From NCBI GenBank assembly GCA_964291395.2, contig OZ219856.1, positions 928,001 through 992,000 on the forward strand: DNA of 64,000 nucleotides. Direction: 5' to 3'. Source of the DNA: Alphaproteobacteria bacterium. Lineage in GTDB: Bacteria; Pseudomonadota; Alphaproteobacteria; UBA2966. The position numbers and the translations under genes were made by a program. Positions 48,922-59,204 of this stretch are shown here, one piece after another. The stretch's first letter is position 1, and every line of letters starts with the position of its first letter. The notes below the pieces were generated by a model. It saw nothing but the letters and a program-made list of their open reading frames with translations. It ran no database searches and was not told the DNA's origin.

Positions 48922-50184
48922 TCATTCGATCTCGATATCGACGGGGACGATCCCGTCGAAGTGCTTGCGCTGGTAGTTCCAGTCTGTCACGGGCTGCTTG
49001 CGGCCCTTCTCGTCGGTCCCACGGGCCATCAGGACGTAGTGGCCCCGCTCGTCGGCCTCCCACGGATATGACCAGCGGCGCCAGAGGTAGCGGTCGGCAT
49101 GGTCCTCGACGTGCGCGTCGTTCCAAGTCTCACCGCCGTCGGTGGATACCTCGACACGCACCATCTTGCCCTCGCCGCTCCAGGCCAGGCCCCGGATCGG
49201 GTACCTGCCCTTCGGCAAGGGCGATTCCTCGTCGCGCGGCTCGGTGATCACCGTCTTGACGCCAAGCGCCGTCATCATCTCCTTGTTCGGGTCGTCCGGA
49301 CCCTTGCCTGACACGAAGTAGTGGGTCTGGTGGTAACAGTCCGGCATGTGGCCCATGACCTCGATCTTGTGGATCCACTTCACCCACCAGTTGCCGGCCC
49401 AGCCGGGCACCACCATGCGCACCGGCGCACCGTGCACGTGGGTCAGGTATTCGCCGTTGTGGGCCCAGGCCAATATGGTGTCCGAGTCCATGGCCTTCTC
49501 AATGGGCAGACCCTTGTCGTAGTTGATGACGCCGGGATCGAAGACCTCGAAATCGGAGCGGCCGGCCGAGCGGTAGACCAGCGAGGAATCCGGGCGCCCC
49601 CGATCGAAGCCCTCGACACGGACGGCCACCGCACTGTCCTTGACGCCAGCCCGCGTCAGCACCTCGCTCAGCCGCGTGCCCGTCCACTCGCCGCCGGAGA
49701 CGATACACGTCGAAGGAACGAGCTGCCTCGCCTCGTCCAGATCGATTTCCCCCTTGGCCACCAATTCTCGCCAATTGACGTCTTCGCCTTCATTCGAGAC
49801 CTGGCGGGACGGCTTCGGCGTGTTCCCGCCTGTTCCACGAGATTCCAGATAGTCCCAAAACTCGGTGTCGTCGCCGGCGCATTCGGTCACCGCGCGGACC
49901 GTGTGACCGGGCAGCAGCCGGAGATCGTTGAGCGTGTAGGTCTTGGGATTTTCGACTTCGCCGAAAATTTCGAACGTGTAGTCCTCCGGATGCACCGGTT
50001 CGGGCACCTGGAGCTGCGCCACGATGTAATACGCGTCCGTCGGAGTGATCAGCCCCTCGAGCTCGAAGTACGGCGAGCGGGCATGGATGATGCGGCCTTC
50101 CTGGTCCTTGCCGGAGACAAACCGGTACCGCCTGCGGTCCGGCCAGCCCATAACCCAATCGCCTTCGATCTCCCGTCGCGGCAT
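48922..50184 (-). CDS. Sulfite oxidase-family molybdoenzyme
   Basis: TECAG, WTGTRL, HGAPVRMVVPGW, VKW, VEVSTDGG. Confidence 0.9.
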   Translation of the reverse strand: MPRREIEGDWVMGWPDRRRYRFVSGKDQEGRIIHARSPYFELEGLITPTDAYYIVAQLQVPEPVHPEDYTFEIFGEVENPKTYTLNDLRLLPGHTVRAVTECAGDDTEFWDYLESRGTGGNTPKPSRQVSNEGEDVNWRELVAKGEIDLDEARQLVPSTCIVSGGEWTGTRLSEVLTRAGVKDSAVAVRVEGFDRGRPDSSLVYRSAGRSDFEVFDPGVINYDKGLPIEKAMDSDTILAWAHNGEYLTHVHGAPVRMVVPGWAGNWWVKWIHKIEVMGHMPDCYHQTHYFVSGKGPDDPNKEMMTALGVKTVITEPRDEESPLPKGRYPIRGLAWSGEGKMVRVEVSTDGGETWNDAHVEDHADRYLWRRWSYPWEADERGHYVLMARGTDEKGRKQPVTDWNYQRKHFDGIVPVDIEIE

Positions 50185-50399
50185 GTTCTTCCCTTCCGAT
50201 CGACTGCAAAAAGGATACGCCACATAGTGCTGGCCGGCATCAACCCCCCATGGGTGGTTCCGTGTCGCAAGAGACGTCGGAGCGCCAGCCGACGCGTCCC
50301 GCGAACCACAATCCTGAGAAAACGAGCGTTATCACTGCAGTGATGATTGCGACAGCGCTCCCGTCCAGCACACTTGGCAGTAGGGTTTCGGAGCGACGA

Positions 50400-50868
50400 A
50401 GCGGCGATCATGAGTGCGTCCGTGATGTTTCTTGTCGCCGCTGCAGCCTTGACCGGATGGCTCGTCACCGTAGCTCAATTGCCGTTTCTGCTCGTCGACG
50501 TGCTCGAGCAGTTGATTGAAACGCCGCGTCTCTTGATGCTGGTGATCGTCGTTTTGGTTCTCGTCATCGGCATGGTGATGGATTTCGTTCCGACGGTTTT
50601 GATCCTTACGCCGGTCCTCATGCCGTTGATCAAGATCGCCGGTATCGACCCGGTCTATTTTGGCGTCGTGTTCGTGATGTCGACCGCCGTGGGCCTCCTG
50701 ACGCCACCAGTGGGGGTTGTTCTGAATGTCGCCTGCGGAATCGGTGGCGTGTCCATGGAACAGGGGAGCAGGGGCGTAGCTCCATTCGTTCTTATGCAGA
50801 TAACGTTGTTGCTACTCCTGGTTGCCGCGCCACAGCTCGTGCTCACCCCGTTAAATTGGCTGCGTTAA
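50400..50868 (+). pseudogene. TRAP transporter DctM, C-terminal fragment
   Basis: GIDPVYFGV...GLLTPPVG; N-terminal two thirds absent. Confidence 0.85.
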
Positions 50869-50916
50869 GCCGGCTCGCCCCGAGACAGCCTCGGTTTGGA
50901 ACCGGCGCAGGCGAAG

Positions 50917-51672
50917 CTAGGCCACTCTGGTCTCGGTGCCCATGAGACTGCTGATGGCCAATTCCTGTACTTCTCTAACCCGTTGACGTTCCAACGCCTC
51001 GGCCTCGTCACCTCGCCCGTCGCGTATCAGTTCGATCAGTTTTTCCCAAGTCTGGACCGACCGGGCGCGGTGTCCGTGGCTGGAGAGTCCCACACGGGTA
51101 TAGCGGGCGACCTGGCGAGCCAAGTGAAAGATGATTTCGTAAAGTTGCTCGTTGCCCGTTCCCGCCGCCAACGCGTAGTTCATTTGGTAACTGACGGAAA
51201 AGTGGATATCCAGATCGTCGTCACCCGCAACATTGTCGGCGAGGATCTTGTGCCCGGCCGTGAGGATCTCCAAGCATTCGGCACTCTCTCCTTCAGCCGC
51301 AAGACGTGCCGCGTGCCCCAACAATATGGCCCTGATGTCGAATATCTCGCTGACCTCGCGTGCGGACAAGTGTGTGACGCGGGCCCCGCGACGGGGAACG
51401 ATCTCTACCAATCTTTCACGTTCCAGAATGCGTAAGGCTTCTCGAACCGGCCCCCGGCTGACCTTGAACTCCGAAGACAAGCTCTGTTCAGTCAGTGCTT
51501 CACCGGGTTGATATTTGTCCTCGAGAATCGACTTGCCGATCTGCCAGGCAATTTGTTCCGCCAGGGACAGGGTTTTCCGACCGTCTCCTGATCGCACCAG
51601 CATACTGTCTTCGAATGAGAATTGTCCCTTCGATCCCACCGATTCGGCAAAGTATGTCGATGTCCGTTCCAT
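50917..51672 (-). CDS. GntR/FCD family transcriptional regulator (start uncertain, 51603 possible)
   Basis: YQPGEALTE...VSRGPVREAL...PRRGARV. Confidence 0.9.
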   Translation of the reverse strand: MERTSTYFAESVGSKGQFSFEDSMLVRSGDGRKTLSLAEQIAWQIGKSILEDKYQPGEALTEQSLSSEFKVSRGPVREALRILERERLVEIVPRRGARVTHLSAREVSEIFDIRAILLGHAARLAAEGESAECLEILTAGHKILADNVAGDDDLDIHFSVSYQMNYALAAGTGNEQLYEIIFHLARQVARYTRVGLSSHGHRARSVQTWEKLIELIRDGRGDEAEALERQRVREVQELAISSLMGTETRVA

Positions 51673-51735
51673 GAGCTTTGATTTAGGCAATGTGTTGCGA
51701 GGGTGTGTTCCTGATCGAAAAATGACCGGCAAATC

Positions 51736-52686
51736 TCAGCGGTCGATCGTCCGAGTTCCAGCGTCCATACCGTCCAACTCGGTCCAGTTGGGCAGGGATT
51801 CGATGTTGCCCGGGAGCTGAATTGACCAACCGGCCACTTTGTTGCCCAGCGCTACCGCATCGAGATTCGGCCGCGCCTGAAGCTGTCCGACAATATACCC
51901 GGCGGCGAATGCGTCCCCCACGCCAAATCGGTCAACCGCGTTGCCGACCGATACGCCGGAGACGCGGCGCGTTCCTTCCGTATCCGCCAAAATGGTACCA
52001 CTTGCGCCGGTCTTGAGCACGATTGTCGATAACCCAAGGCCGCTCAGGTAGGCCATCTGCTCATCCTGGTCGACGATGCCCACGAGTTTGATGAGATCCT
52101 CGCGACCTGCGAGAACATGGTCCGCCTGCCTCATGAGGTCTTCCAGACAAGTACGGGCCTCTTCCCGCGGCCAAATCTTGGCCCTGTAGTTCAAGTCGAA
52201 AACGATTCTGACGCCATGGGCCTTGGCGATCTCGACAGCCCTTTCCGCCGCCGCAAGGCAAGTGTTCGAAAGGCCCGGCGTTATCCCTGTGAGGTGGAGA
52301 ATTTGCGCCGAGGCGATGTAATCTTCGTTCAGATCATCCGGAGAGAACGTCGTGAACGCTGAATTTGACCGGTAGTAGAAAACGTTGGAATTCCCGTTGG
52401 TCCGGTTCTCTCTGAGGAAAATGCCCGTTTGTTTTCCTTCCACCAGCCGGACGTTCGTAACGTCGACGTTTTCGCCGCGCATGACGCCGAGAACGTAGGC
52501 GCCCATCTCATCAGCGCCCAGGCGGGAAATCCATCCGGCACTGTATCCAAGACGCGCCACGCCGACAGCCACGGTGCCTTCCGCCCCTCCCGCATGACGG
52601 GAAAATTCCACTGAGTGGCGTAGCGGTCCCCCTGATTTAGCGACGAGAACCGCGCAGGTCTCGCCAATTGTTACCAGATCAGGCAC
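51736..52686 (-). CDS. PfkB sugar kinase (2-keto-3-deoxygluconate kinase-like)
   Basis: AGGAE, LHLTGIT, FDLNYRAKIW, DRFGVGDAF. Confidence 0.9.
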   Translation of the reverse strand: MPDLVTIGETCAVLVAKSGGPLRHSVEFSRHAGGAEGTVAVGVARLGYSAGWISRLGADEMGAYVLGVMRGENVDVTNVRLVEGKQTGIFLRENRTNGNSNVFYYRSNSAFTTFSPDDLNEDYIASAQILHLTGITPGLSNTCLAAAERAVEIAKAHGVRIVFDLNYRAKIWPREEARTCLEDLMRQADHVLAGREDLIKLVGIVDQDEQMAYLSGLGLSTIVLKTGASGTILADTEGTRRVSGVSVGNAVDRFGVGDAFAAGYIVGQLQARPNLDAVALGNKVAGWSIQLPGNIESLPNWTELDGMDAGTRTIDR

Positions 52687-53048
52687 TAAGAACGCGTTCT
52701 ACGATGGCGGTTTGCAGCGCGGTCGTCGCGGCGCCCGTGTCCGACCTGCCGTGTTGCCTGGCGCTCGACCCCGGCACCCGGCGCTATCTGGTATAAGACA
52801 ATTCGCATCTCGAGTTCGAACACCGAGCGGGCGCATGGCGTGATCCATCGGTGACCGCTACGGTCGCCTCTACGCCGCTCCATCCCCAATCAACCTGCGA
52901 CGTTCGGAGACGACGCTAGTTGGCATTCGTATGATTGTCAACTTTCAGTAAAATTACAGAACCTGGCGGAAGGGCGTCTGGCCACCCAATACCGCAGGGG
53001 CTTTTCAGCTTCAATACCAGTTACACCGCTCCAGTTGTCAATTATATG

Positions 53049-53060
53049 ATTGTTGACAAT
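53049..53060. promoter_or_regulatory. Putative GntR operator
   Basis: ATTGT-TG-ACAAT palindrome in a divergent AT-rich promoter; similar AATGTTAACAAT at 57804. Confidence 0.55.
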
Positions 53061-53153
53061 TGATGGAGAATGGATTAGACATACCGATCTCCGGCTGTTT
53101 CCCGATAACCTTCTCGTCCACGAATTGTGTCGACTGCCGAAAGGCCCCCGCCC

Positions 53154-54050
53154 ATGTCCGCATCCATGTCCAATTTCAAGGGTACGATGCCCGCCCTGAT
53201 CACGCCCTTCGACAGTGAAGGGAGGGTGGACGAGGCCAAATTCCGTACTTTCCTCGACTGGCTCGTCCCGCAGGTCAGTGGTCTTTACGTCGCGGGATCC
53301 TACGGTTCGGGCCCCATCATGACCGTCGACCAGCGCAAGCAGGTGGCGGAGATCGTGCTTGACTCGGTTGCCGGACGCGTCCCAGTGGTCGTTCATGTCG
53401 GTGATCCGGATACCGGCACGACGATAGACCTGGCACGCCATGCGGAGACTTTGAGCGTGTCCGGCGTCGCCTCGCTCACCCCCTACTACTACCTTCACGG
53501 TCGCGGCGAGATCGACCATCATTTCCTGGCCCTGATCGATGCCGTCAGCACGCCGGTCTATCTGTACAACAACCCGAAGTACACGAACTACTGCGTCACC
53601 GCCGATCAGATTTCCTGGCTCGCCGAGAAAGGCCTGGCCGGGATCAAGGACAGCAGCGCCAATATTCAATTGTTCTACGAACTGGTCGCGGCCACACGGG
53701 GTTTCGAGGACTTTCAAGTCATCGTCGGTTCGCAGACGATTTTGCTGCCGGCCCTGGTCGGTGGTGGTCGCGGCTGCGTGTCGGGGCTGTCGAACCTGTA
53801 TCCCAGGGTCGTGAACGGAATATTCGATGCTGCGGAGGCGGGTGATCCTGAGCGCGCCCTCTCCATACAACGCGAAGCGAACGAGCTACGCAAACTTACC
53901 GGCGCCGGAATTCCCGTGTCGTTCTACCACAGCGCGCTCCGTTACCGCGGTATCGATATCGGCCTCCCCAAGGCGCCATTGCTCCCGAAGACCGAGGAGG
54001 AAGAGGCGGTGATATTCAAAGCGCTCGACAGGTACAAGCATTTCGAATAG
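53154..54050 (+). CDS. DapA/NanA-family aldolase
   Basis: ALITPF, GSYGSG, LYNNP, GIKDSS Schiff-base Lys. Confidence 0.9.
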   Translation: MSASMSNFKGTMPALITPFDSEGRVDEAKFRTFLDWLVPQVSGLYVAGSYGSGPIMTVDQRKQVAEIVLDSVAGRVPVVVHVGDPDTGTTIDLARHAETLSVSGVASLTPYYYLHGRGEIDHHFLALIDAVSTPVYLYNNPKYTNYCVTADQISWLAEKGLAGIKDSSANIQLFYELVAATRGFEDFQVIVGSQTILLPALVGGGRGCVSGLSNLYPRVVNGIFDAAEAGDPERALSIQREANELRKLTGAGIPVSFYHSALRYRGIDIGLPKAPLLPKTEEEEAVIFKALDRYKHFE

Positions 54051-54171
54051 ACGGACTCGCAACGGGCGCATCCCGTTGCCGAGGAGGCTCTCCAATTCTC
54101 GCGTCGGCCGGAACCTCTACCGCTCGATCACGGGGCGAGGCGGAGATCAACCCCGGAACACGTAGCCGGCC

Positions 54172-55158
54172 TCAGGTCGTTACGCTGTTCGTCGGGGGAA
54201 GTCCCTCCACCAGCACCCGACGAATCTCGTTGGCTGCGTTCACGGCCATGGCGACTTGGGCCTCGAGCGTCATCGCCGCGATGTGGGGTGTGACGATGAT
54301 GTTCGGACAGGAGAACAACGGGTCGTCGAAGTGGGGCGGCTCCCGGTCGAATACGTCGAGCGCGGCGCCGCCGATCTCTCCCGCCGCCGCCGCCGCGGCC
54401 AGCGCATTCTGATCGACGAGGCCGCCCCGGGCGGTGTTGATGAGGACCGCGTGCTTCTGGAGCAGATTCAAGCGGTCCTCGTTCACGAGATGATGGTTCT
54501 CAGGGGTCAATGGGCAGTGAAGCGTGATGATATCCGCGCTGCTCAACAGCTCTTCGAGCGGTACCGCGGGATAAGAGCTGTCAGCTAACGCCGCCGCCTC
54601 GCTGTCGCAGACGATGACATGGGCTCCGAAAGCGGCGAAGTAGTCCGCGACGAGCCGGCCGATCTTACCGAATCCGACGATGCCGACCGTCGATCGTTTC
54701 AACTCACGGCCCATGAGCGACTCGCGGGCCCAGGAGCGATGGTTTCGGATCGTGGTGTCGGCGGTATGAAAGTTCCGCAGCAGCGACAACGCCAAACCCA
54801 CCGTCGCCTCGGCGACCGCGTTCGAATTGGCGTCCTGTGTCGTTGAGACCGGGATGCCCGCCTCGCTGATGCTGGGCAGGTCCAGGTCGTCGAGGCCGAC
54901 GCCGTGCCGTGCGATGAGGCGAAGTCTGGTCTGCCGAGAGATGATCTCGGTATCGATTTTGCCGACCTTGTGAAGGACAGCATCCATGTCGCCGATGCAG
55001 GCCAGGATGTCGTCCTTGAACGGTTGCCCGGGCAGGATGGTGAGTTCCGCGAAATCCTCCAATATGCTCAATCCTTCCGGGCGTACATTCCCAAGCACCA
55101 GAACATTCCTGGTACCGTTCCCGGACAAGCTAGACGCCGGCATAGGCGTTGAACCCAC
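54172..55158 (-). CDS. D-isomer 2-hydroxyacid dehydrogenase (SerA-like)
   Basis: RHGVG, GFGKIG, INTARG, DVFDREP, TPHIA. Confidence 0.92.
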   Translation of the reverse strand: MGSTPMPASSLSGNGTRNVLVLGNVRPEGLSILEDFAELTILPGQPFKDDILACIGDMDAVLHKVGKIDTEIISRQTRLRLIARHGVGLDDLDLPSISEAGIPVSTTQDANSNAVAEATVGLALSLLRNFHTADTTIRNHRSWARESLMGRELKRSTVGIVGFGKIGRLVADYFAAFGAHVIVCDSEAAALADSSYPAVPLEELLSSADIITLHCPLTPENHHLVNEDRLNLLQKHAVLINTARGGLVDQNALAAAAAAGEIGGAALDVFDREPPHFDDPLFSCPNIIVTPHIAAMTLEAQVAMAVNAANEIRRVLVEGLPPTNSVTT

Positions 55159-55972
55159 CGTCGACGGGTGTGACCGTTCCGGTCACGAACGCGGAAGCAT
55201 CCGAGGCATACCACAGGGCCGTGCCCACCAGGTCCTGGACGTCGCCGAGCCTGCCCATCGGGGTGAGATCGACGATCCGCCTGCCTCGTTCCGAATAGCT
55301 GCCGTCAGCTTCGAGCAGGGTTGAGCGCATTCTTTCGTTGGGAAAAAAGCCGGGCGCGATCGCGTTTACCCGAACCTTTGCCGTGTACCGCTTCGCGATG
55401 TGGCATGCGAGCCATTGCGTGAAGTTGCTGACCGCCGCCTTCGACGCGGCGTAGGCCGGGCGTCCCTCAAGAGGCCGGAAGCTGTTCATGGAGCATACGT
55501 TAATGATCGATCCGCCTGCTCCATTCCCGACCATGAGTTTGCCATAGCGGAGGCATGGCAGGACGGTTGCACCCATGAAATTCAGATCCAGAGTATCGGA
55601 AATTGCCTCCGGCACGAGGTCGAAGAATCCTCGACTCCTGTCGGTCATCGCGTTCTTGTTGTTGCCGCCGGCGCAGTTGAACAACACATCCATCCGTCCA
55701 AATTCCCGGGCAACACACTCCGCGTTTTCCGCCACCTCGGAATCGAGGCGAACATCGACTTGATAGACCTCGGCCCTGCGGCCCATCTCGCGGACACGAC
55801 CTGCCAGCCGTTCCGCTGCCGTCCTGTTGCTGTTGAAGACGAGGGCAAGGTCCGCTCCCGCCGTTGCGAAGCCTCGGGCAACAGCGCCACCGATCGCTCC
55901 CGAAGCACCGATAACGACGGCGGTCTTTCCCGCAAGCGAAAACAGGGTGCCGACGGTCTGCTCGTCATCCAT
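55130..55972 (-). CDS. SDR oxidoreductase (mannonate/gluconate dehydrogenase-like)
   Basis: GASGAIG, NCAGGN, YAASK, NAIAPGFF, VDGGF. Confidence 0.9.
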   Translation of the reverse strand: MDDEQTVGTLFSLAGKTAVVIGASGAIGGAVARGFATAGADLALVFNSNRTAAERLAGRVREMGRRAEVYQVDVRLDSEVAENAECVAREFGRMDVLFNCAGGNNKNAMTDRSRGFFDLVPEAISDTLDLNFMGATVLPCLRYGKLMVGNGAGGSIINVCSMNSFRPLEGRPAYAASKAAVSNFTQWLACHIAKRYTAKVRVNAIAPGFFPNERMRSTLLEADGSYSERGRRIVDLTPMGRLGDVQDLVGTALWYASDASAFVTGTVTPVDGGFNAYAGV

Positions 55973-56948
55973 GGGCAAGGCCCAAGGCAGACGGGTTGAC
56001 GACGTGAAGCAGGGGCTCGCCACGGGCGAACCGGAGGACCTCCTCGACAGCGGCAAACGCAACCGCGCGCTGGGCCTCTTCGGTGACGGAGGCTATGTGC
56101 GGTGTGACAATGCAGTTGTCCAAACGGAGGAGGGGATCGTCCGCCGAAACGGGTTCATTTTCCAGAACGTCGGTCGCTGCCGCACGTATCCGATTCGATG
56201 CCAGGGCTTCGTACAGCGCGCCCTCCACGACCACGCCACCCCGCGACAGGTTTATCAGTATGGCCGTTCGCTTCATGAGGGCGATTTCGTCCTGCCCGAT
56301 CAGGTTTCGAGTCTCCGGAGTCAGGGGAACATGCAAGGATATGACATCGCTTCGGTTCAAGAGCGTCCCTAAGTCCACGAGTTCCAGCGGCAGGTCAGCA
56401 AGTCCCCTGGCCGAAGGCCGCGGGTGGTGGGCCAATACCTTCATACCGAGTGCGTGGACGCGCTTGACGACTTCGCGCCCAATGCCGCCGACCCCGACAA
56501 TGCCGAATACTTTTCCCTGGAGTTCCATGCCCAGATAGGAGAGACGGTCCGGATTGCCAAGCCCGCAGGCCCTCATGGACTGCGGCATTTTGCGTGCAGC
56601 CATGAAGATCAGGCCTAGCGCGAATTCCGCCACCGAAACGGCGTTCGCCCCGGGAGTATTCGTTACCGCGATCCCTTTCTTCGTGGCGTAGTCGACGTCG
56701 ACATTGCTGTAGCCGGATCCGTGACGTGCGATGAGTTTGAGCGCCGGTGCAGCGTCGATGATTTGAGAATCTATGCGGATCGGGTCCGTCTTGCTGATGA
56801 TGACGTTGCTGCCGCTCAGTCTGAATCGAAGTTCGTCGACGGTCAGGGTGTCGTCGCCGACATCAAGGTCCACCGATCTGCTGAGCCGGGTTTGCGCTTC
56901 CAGGTGTATGGGTTCCGTCAAGTAAACTCGCGGTAACAGACCATTCAT
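55965..56948 (-). CDS. D-isomer 2-hydroxyacid dehydrogenase
   Basis: RHGSGY, GVGGIG, INLSRG, DVLENEP, TPHIA. Confidence 0.92.
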   Translation of the reverse strand: MNGLLPRVYLTEPIHLEAQTRLSRSVDLDVGDDTLTVDELRFRLSGSNVIISKTDPIRIDSQIIDAAPALKLIARHGSGYSNVDVDYATKKGIAVTNTPGANAVSVAEFALGLIFMAARKMPQSMRACGLGNPDRLSYLGMELQGKVFGIVGVGGIGREVVKRVHALGMKVLAHHPRPSARGLADLPLELVDLGTLLNRSDVISLHVPLTPETRNLIGQDEIALMKRTAILINLSRGGVVVEGALYEALASNRIRAAATDVLENEPVSADDPLLRLDNCIVTPHIASVTEEAQRAVAFAAVEEVLRFARGEPLLHVVNPSALGLAHG

Positions 56949-56970
56949 GCTGATAGGCCGGGCTCGGTGA

Positions 56971-57753
56971 TCAGGGGATGGTAAATCCGCCGTCAATGGG
57001 GATGGTTACGCCGGTAACATACGCTCCCAAATCGGATGCCAGGAACGCGACCACGTTGGCGTAGTCGATCGGCTCGCCCTGCCGTTTGAGCGCCAGCCGT
57101 GACATGACGCGTTCGGTCTCCCCCGCGCCGCGGTAGAACATGGCGCCGTCACGCCCCCCGATCCTGGCAGTGGAGGTAAATCCCGGGGCTATCGCATTTA
57201 CCCGTATGTCGTGCTCCCCCAACTCTCGGGCGAACAGTTTTGTCGCCATGATCACGCCGGCCTTGGAGACTCCATAGGCTCCTCGGCTGACATTCGCGTT
57301 GAGTCCGGTGGAGGAGGACAGGTTGATGATGGCACCGCCCCGCCCCTGTCGGATCATTTGCGTCGCGGCCAACTGGGTGCAGAGCACGGTGCCTTTCAAA
57401 TTTATGTCGAAAATGGCGTCCCATTCCTCCTCGGACACCTCCATCAAGGTCTCACGGCTGGAAATGCCGGCGTTGTTGACGAGGATGTCCACGCCTCCAA
57501 GTTCGCTGACACAGGTCCTCACCATCTCCTCGACCGCTGCACGGTCCGCAACGTCGCAGACCAGGGCCTTGACCTTTTGGCCGGTAGCCTCCACTCGCTC
57601 GACCGTGGCCTCCATGTCATCATCGATGGCAATGTCCGCCAAGCAGATGTCAGCGCCGCATTCGGCCAGACGGACGGCATGAGCGGCACCGAGTTGACGT
57701 CTTCCGCCGGTGACGATCGCGGTATTGCCGGACAAGTTGATACGGGTTTCCAT
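56971..57753 (-). CDS. SDR oxidoreductase
   Basis: TGGRRQLG, NNAG, YGVSK, IDGG. Confidence 0.92.
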   Translation of the reverse strand: METRINLSGNTAIVTGGRRQLGAAHAVRLAECGADICLADIAIDDDMEATVERVEATGQKVKALVCDVADRAAVEEMVRTCVSELGGVDILVNNAGISSRETLMEVSEEEWDAIFDINLKGTVLCTQLAATQMIRQGRGGAIINLSSSTGLNANVSRGAYGVSKAGVIMATKLFARELGEHDIRVNAIAPGFTSTARIGGRDGAMFYRGAGETERVMSRLALKRQGEPIDYANVVAFLASDLGAYVTGVTIPIDGGFTIP

Positions 57754-57803
57754 TAGGCGCTCCCGGTTACCCACGGCCCGAATCCATGGTACTAAACAAT
57801 ATG

Positions 57804-57815
57804 AATGTTAACAAT
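57804..57815. promoter_or_regulatory. Putative GntR operator (second)
   Basis: AATGTTAACAAT in the divergent SDR/PrpD intergenic region. Confidence 0.45.
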
Positions 57816-57833
57816 TATTGACCTCGATCCCTG

Positions 57834-59204
57834 ATGAACAAGGCGGCTTCCCTCACCCAAACTCTCGCCGATTGCGCCCTGGATATCGCCCGGCGGCCGC
57901 TCCCGGAGACCGTTGGTGACCAAGCGAAACTGTGCCTTCTCGACTTTGCGGCGTCCGTTCTGGCCGCGGCGGACTCTCGAGAGGCAGCGGCAGCAGCGGC
58001 CCTGCTTCCATCCTTCGGAGCCGGAAACTGTTCCTTGATCGCACGAACCGAACGGACGAGCGTGACAGGGGCCTCGTTTTATCATGGGATGGTCGCGACC
58101 GTCGCTGATATGGACGATTCCCATCGCTTTGCCTCGGGGCTTCACCTGTCCGCGATTACGCTACCGGTCTCTCTGGCGCTCGGGGAGGAGCGGAACAGCT
58201 CAAACGATCTTCTGCTTCGCGCAATTGCCGCAGGCTATGAGATTTCGTCGCGTATTTGCCGCGCTGCCGACAGCGGATTGCGGGCGCGCGGGTTTCATTC
58301 CACCGGTGCGGTGGGCGCCTTCGGGTCATGCACCGCCGCCGGCGTGCTGCTGGGATTGGATCGGGAGCGATTGGCGCATGGCTTGGGAATCGCCGCCTCG
58401 GGCGGTGGCGGGATTTTTGCTTTTCTGCGGGAGGCCTCACCTGTCCGCCACGCTCACGCCGCATGGGCTTCCGTCAACGGGCTATCGGCAGCCCTCCTGG
58501 CGGCAGCGGGTGTAACGGGCCCGACCGAGGCTTTGGAAGACTCCGATGGGTTTTTTTCCGCCTATGCCGGTTCGTACGACGAAGGCTTCATCGTCGCGCC
58601 GTTTCCCTCCGAGTCGGGGACCTTCGAGATCAACAATGGCTACCGAAAACTCTTCAACGCTTGCGGCCACTCACTGCCATCCATTACCGCGGCCCTTGAA
58701 ATACGTGAAGACCTGATCGGTCGCCTGGACGACGTGGAACGGATCGAGGTTCGCGCCTACCCTGCGGCAGCCAGATTGACGAGTTCGAATCCCGGCACGG
58801 TCGGTGAGGCGAAGTTCTCGATTCCCTGCATCGTTGCACTCACGCTCCTCTTCGGTGATGTCACGGCACGCGAAATGCGGATGGAAGTCTTGTCGAGACC
58901 GGAGGTACGTCGACTGGCAGAGAAAGTCAGCGTGGTGGAAGATCCGAAAATCAGTGCGGAGTTTCCGCGCCTGCGGGCGTCGGAACTCCGAATAGATCTC
59001 AATGACGGTTCCCGGTTACGCAAGTATGTCGACGCTGCGATCGGCCTGCCCGAGAACCCGGCGAGTCTGGAACAGCTAGTCAATAAGTTCGCTGACAACG
59101 CGGAAGATCACTTGCCGGCGGACGCGGTGGGCCTCGTGACCGAGGAGGTGATGAAGGACACGCCGGTCCGTCGGATCGCCGAGAGACTCAGGTTGGGGAG
59201 TTGA
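57834..59204 (+). CDS. MmgE/PrpD family protein
   Basis: DMDDSH...HLS, GFHSTG, AKFSIP, GLPENP. Confidence 0.9.
   Translation: MNKAASLTQTLADCALDIARRPLPETVGDQAKLCLLDFAASVLAAADSREAAAAAALLPSFGAGNCSLIARTERTSVTGASFYHGMVATVADMDDSHRFASGLHLSAITLPVSLALGEERNSSNDLLLRAIAAGYEISSRICRAADSGLRARGFHSTGAVGAFGSCTAAGVLLGLDRERLAHGLGIAASGGGGIFAFLREASPVRHAHAAWASVNGLSAALLAAAGVTGPTEALEDSDGFFSAYAGSYDEGFIVAPFPSESGTFEINNGYRKLFNACGHSLPSITAALEIREDLIGRLDDVERIEVRAYPAAARLTSSNPGTVGEAKFSIPCIVALTLLFGDVTAREMRMEVLSRPEVRRLAEKVSVVEDPKISAEFPRLRASELRIDLNDGSRLRKYVDAAIGLPENPASLEQLVNKFADNAEDHLPADAVGLVTEEVMKDTPVRRIAERLRLGS

Noticed and set aside
52686-52889. 67-aa ORF upstream of the kinase
   Set aside because: No recognisable motif or RBS; may be debris
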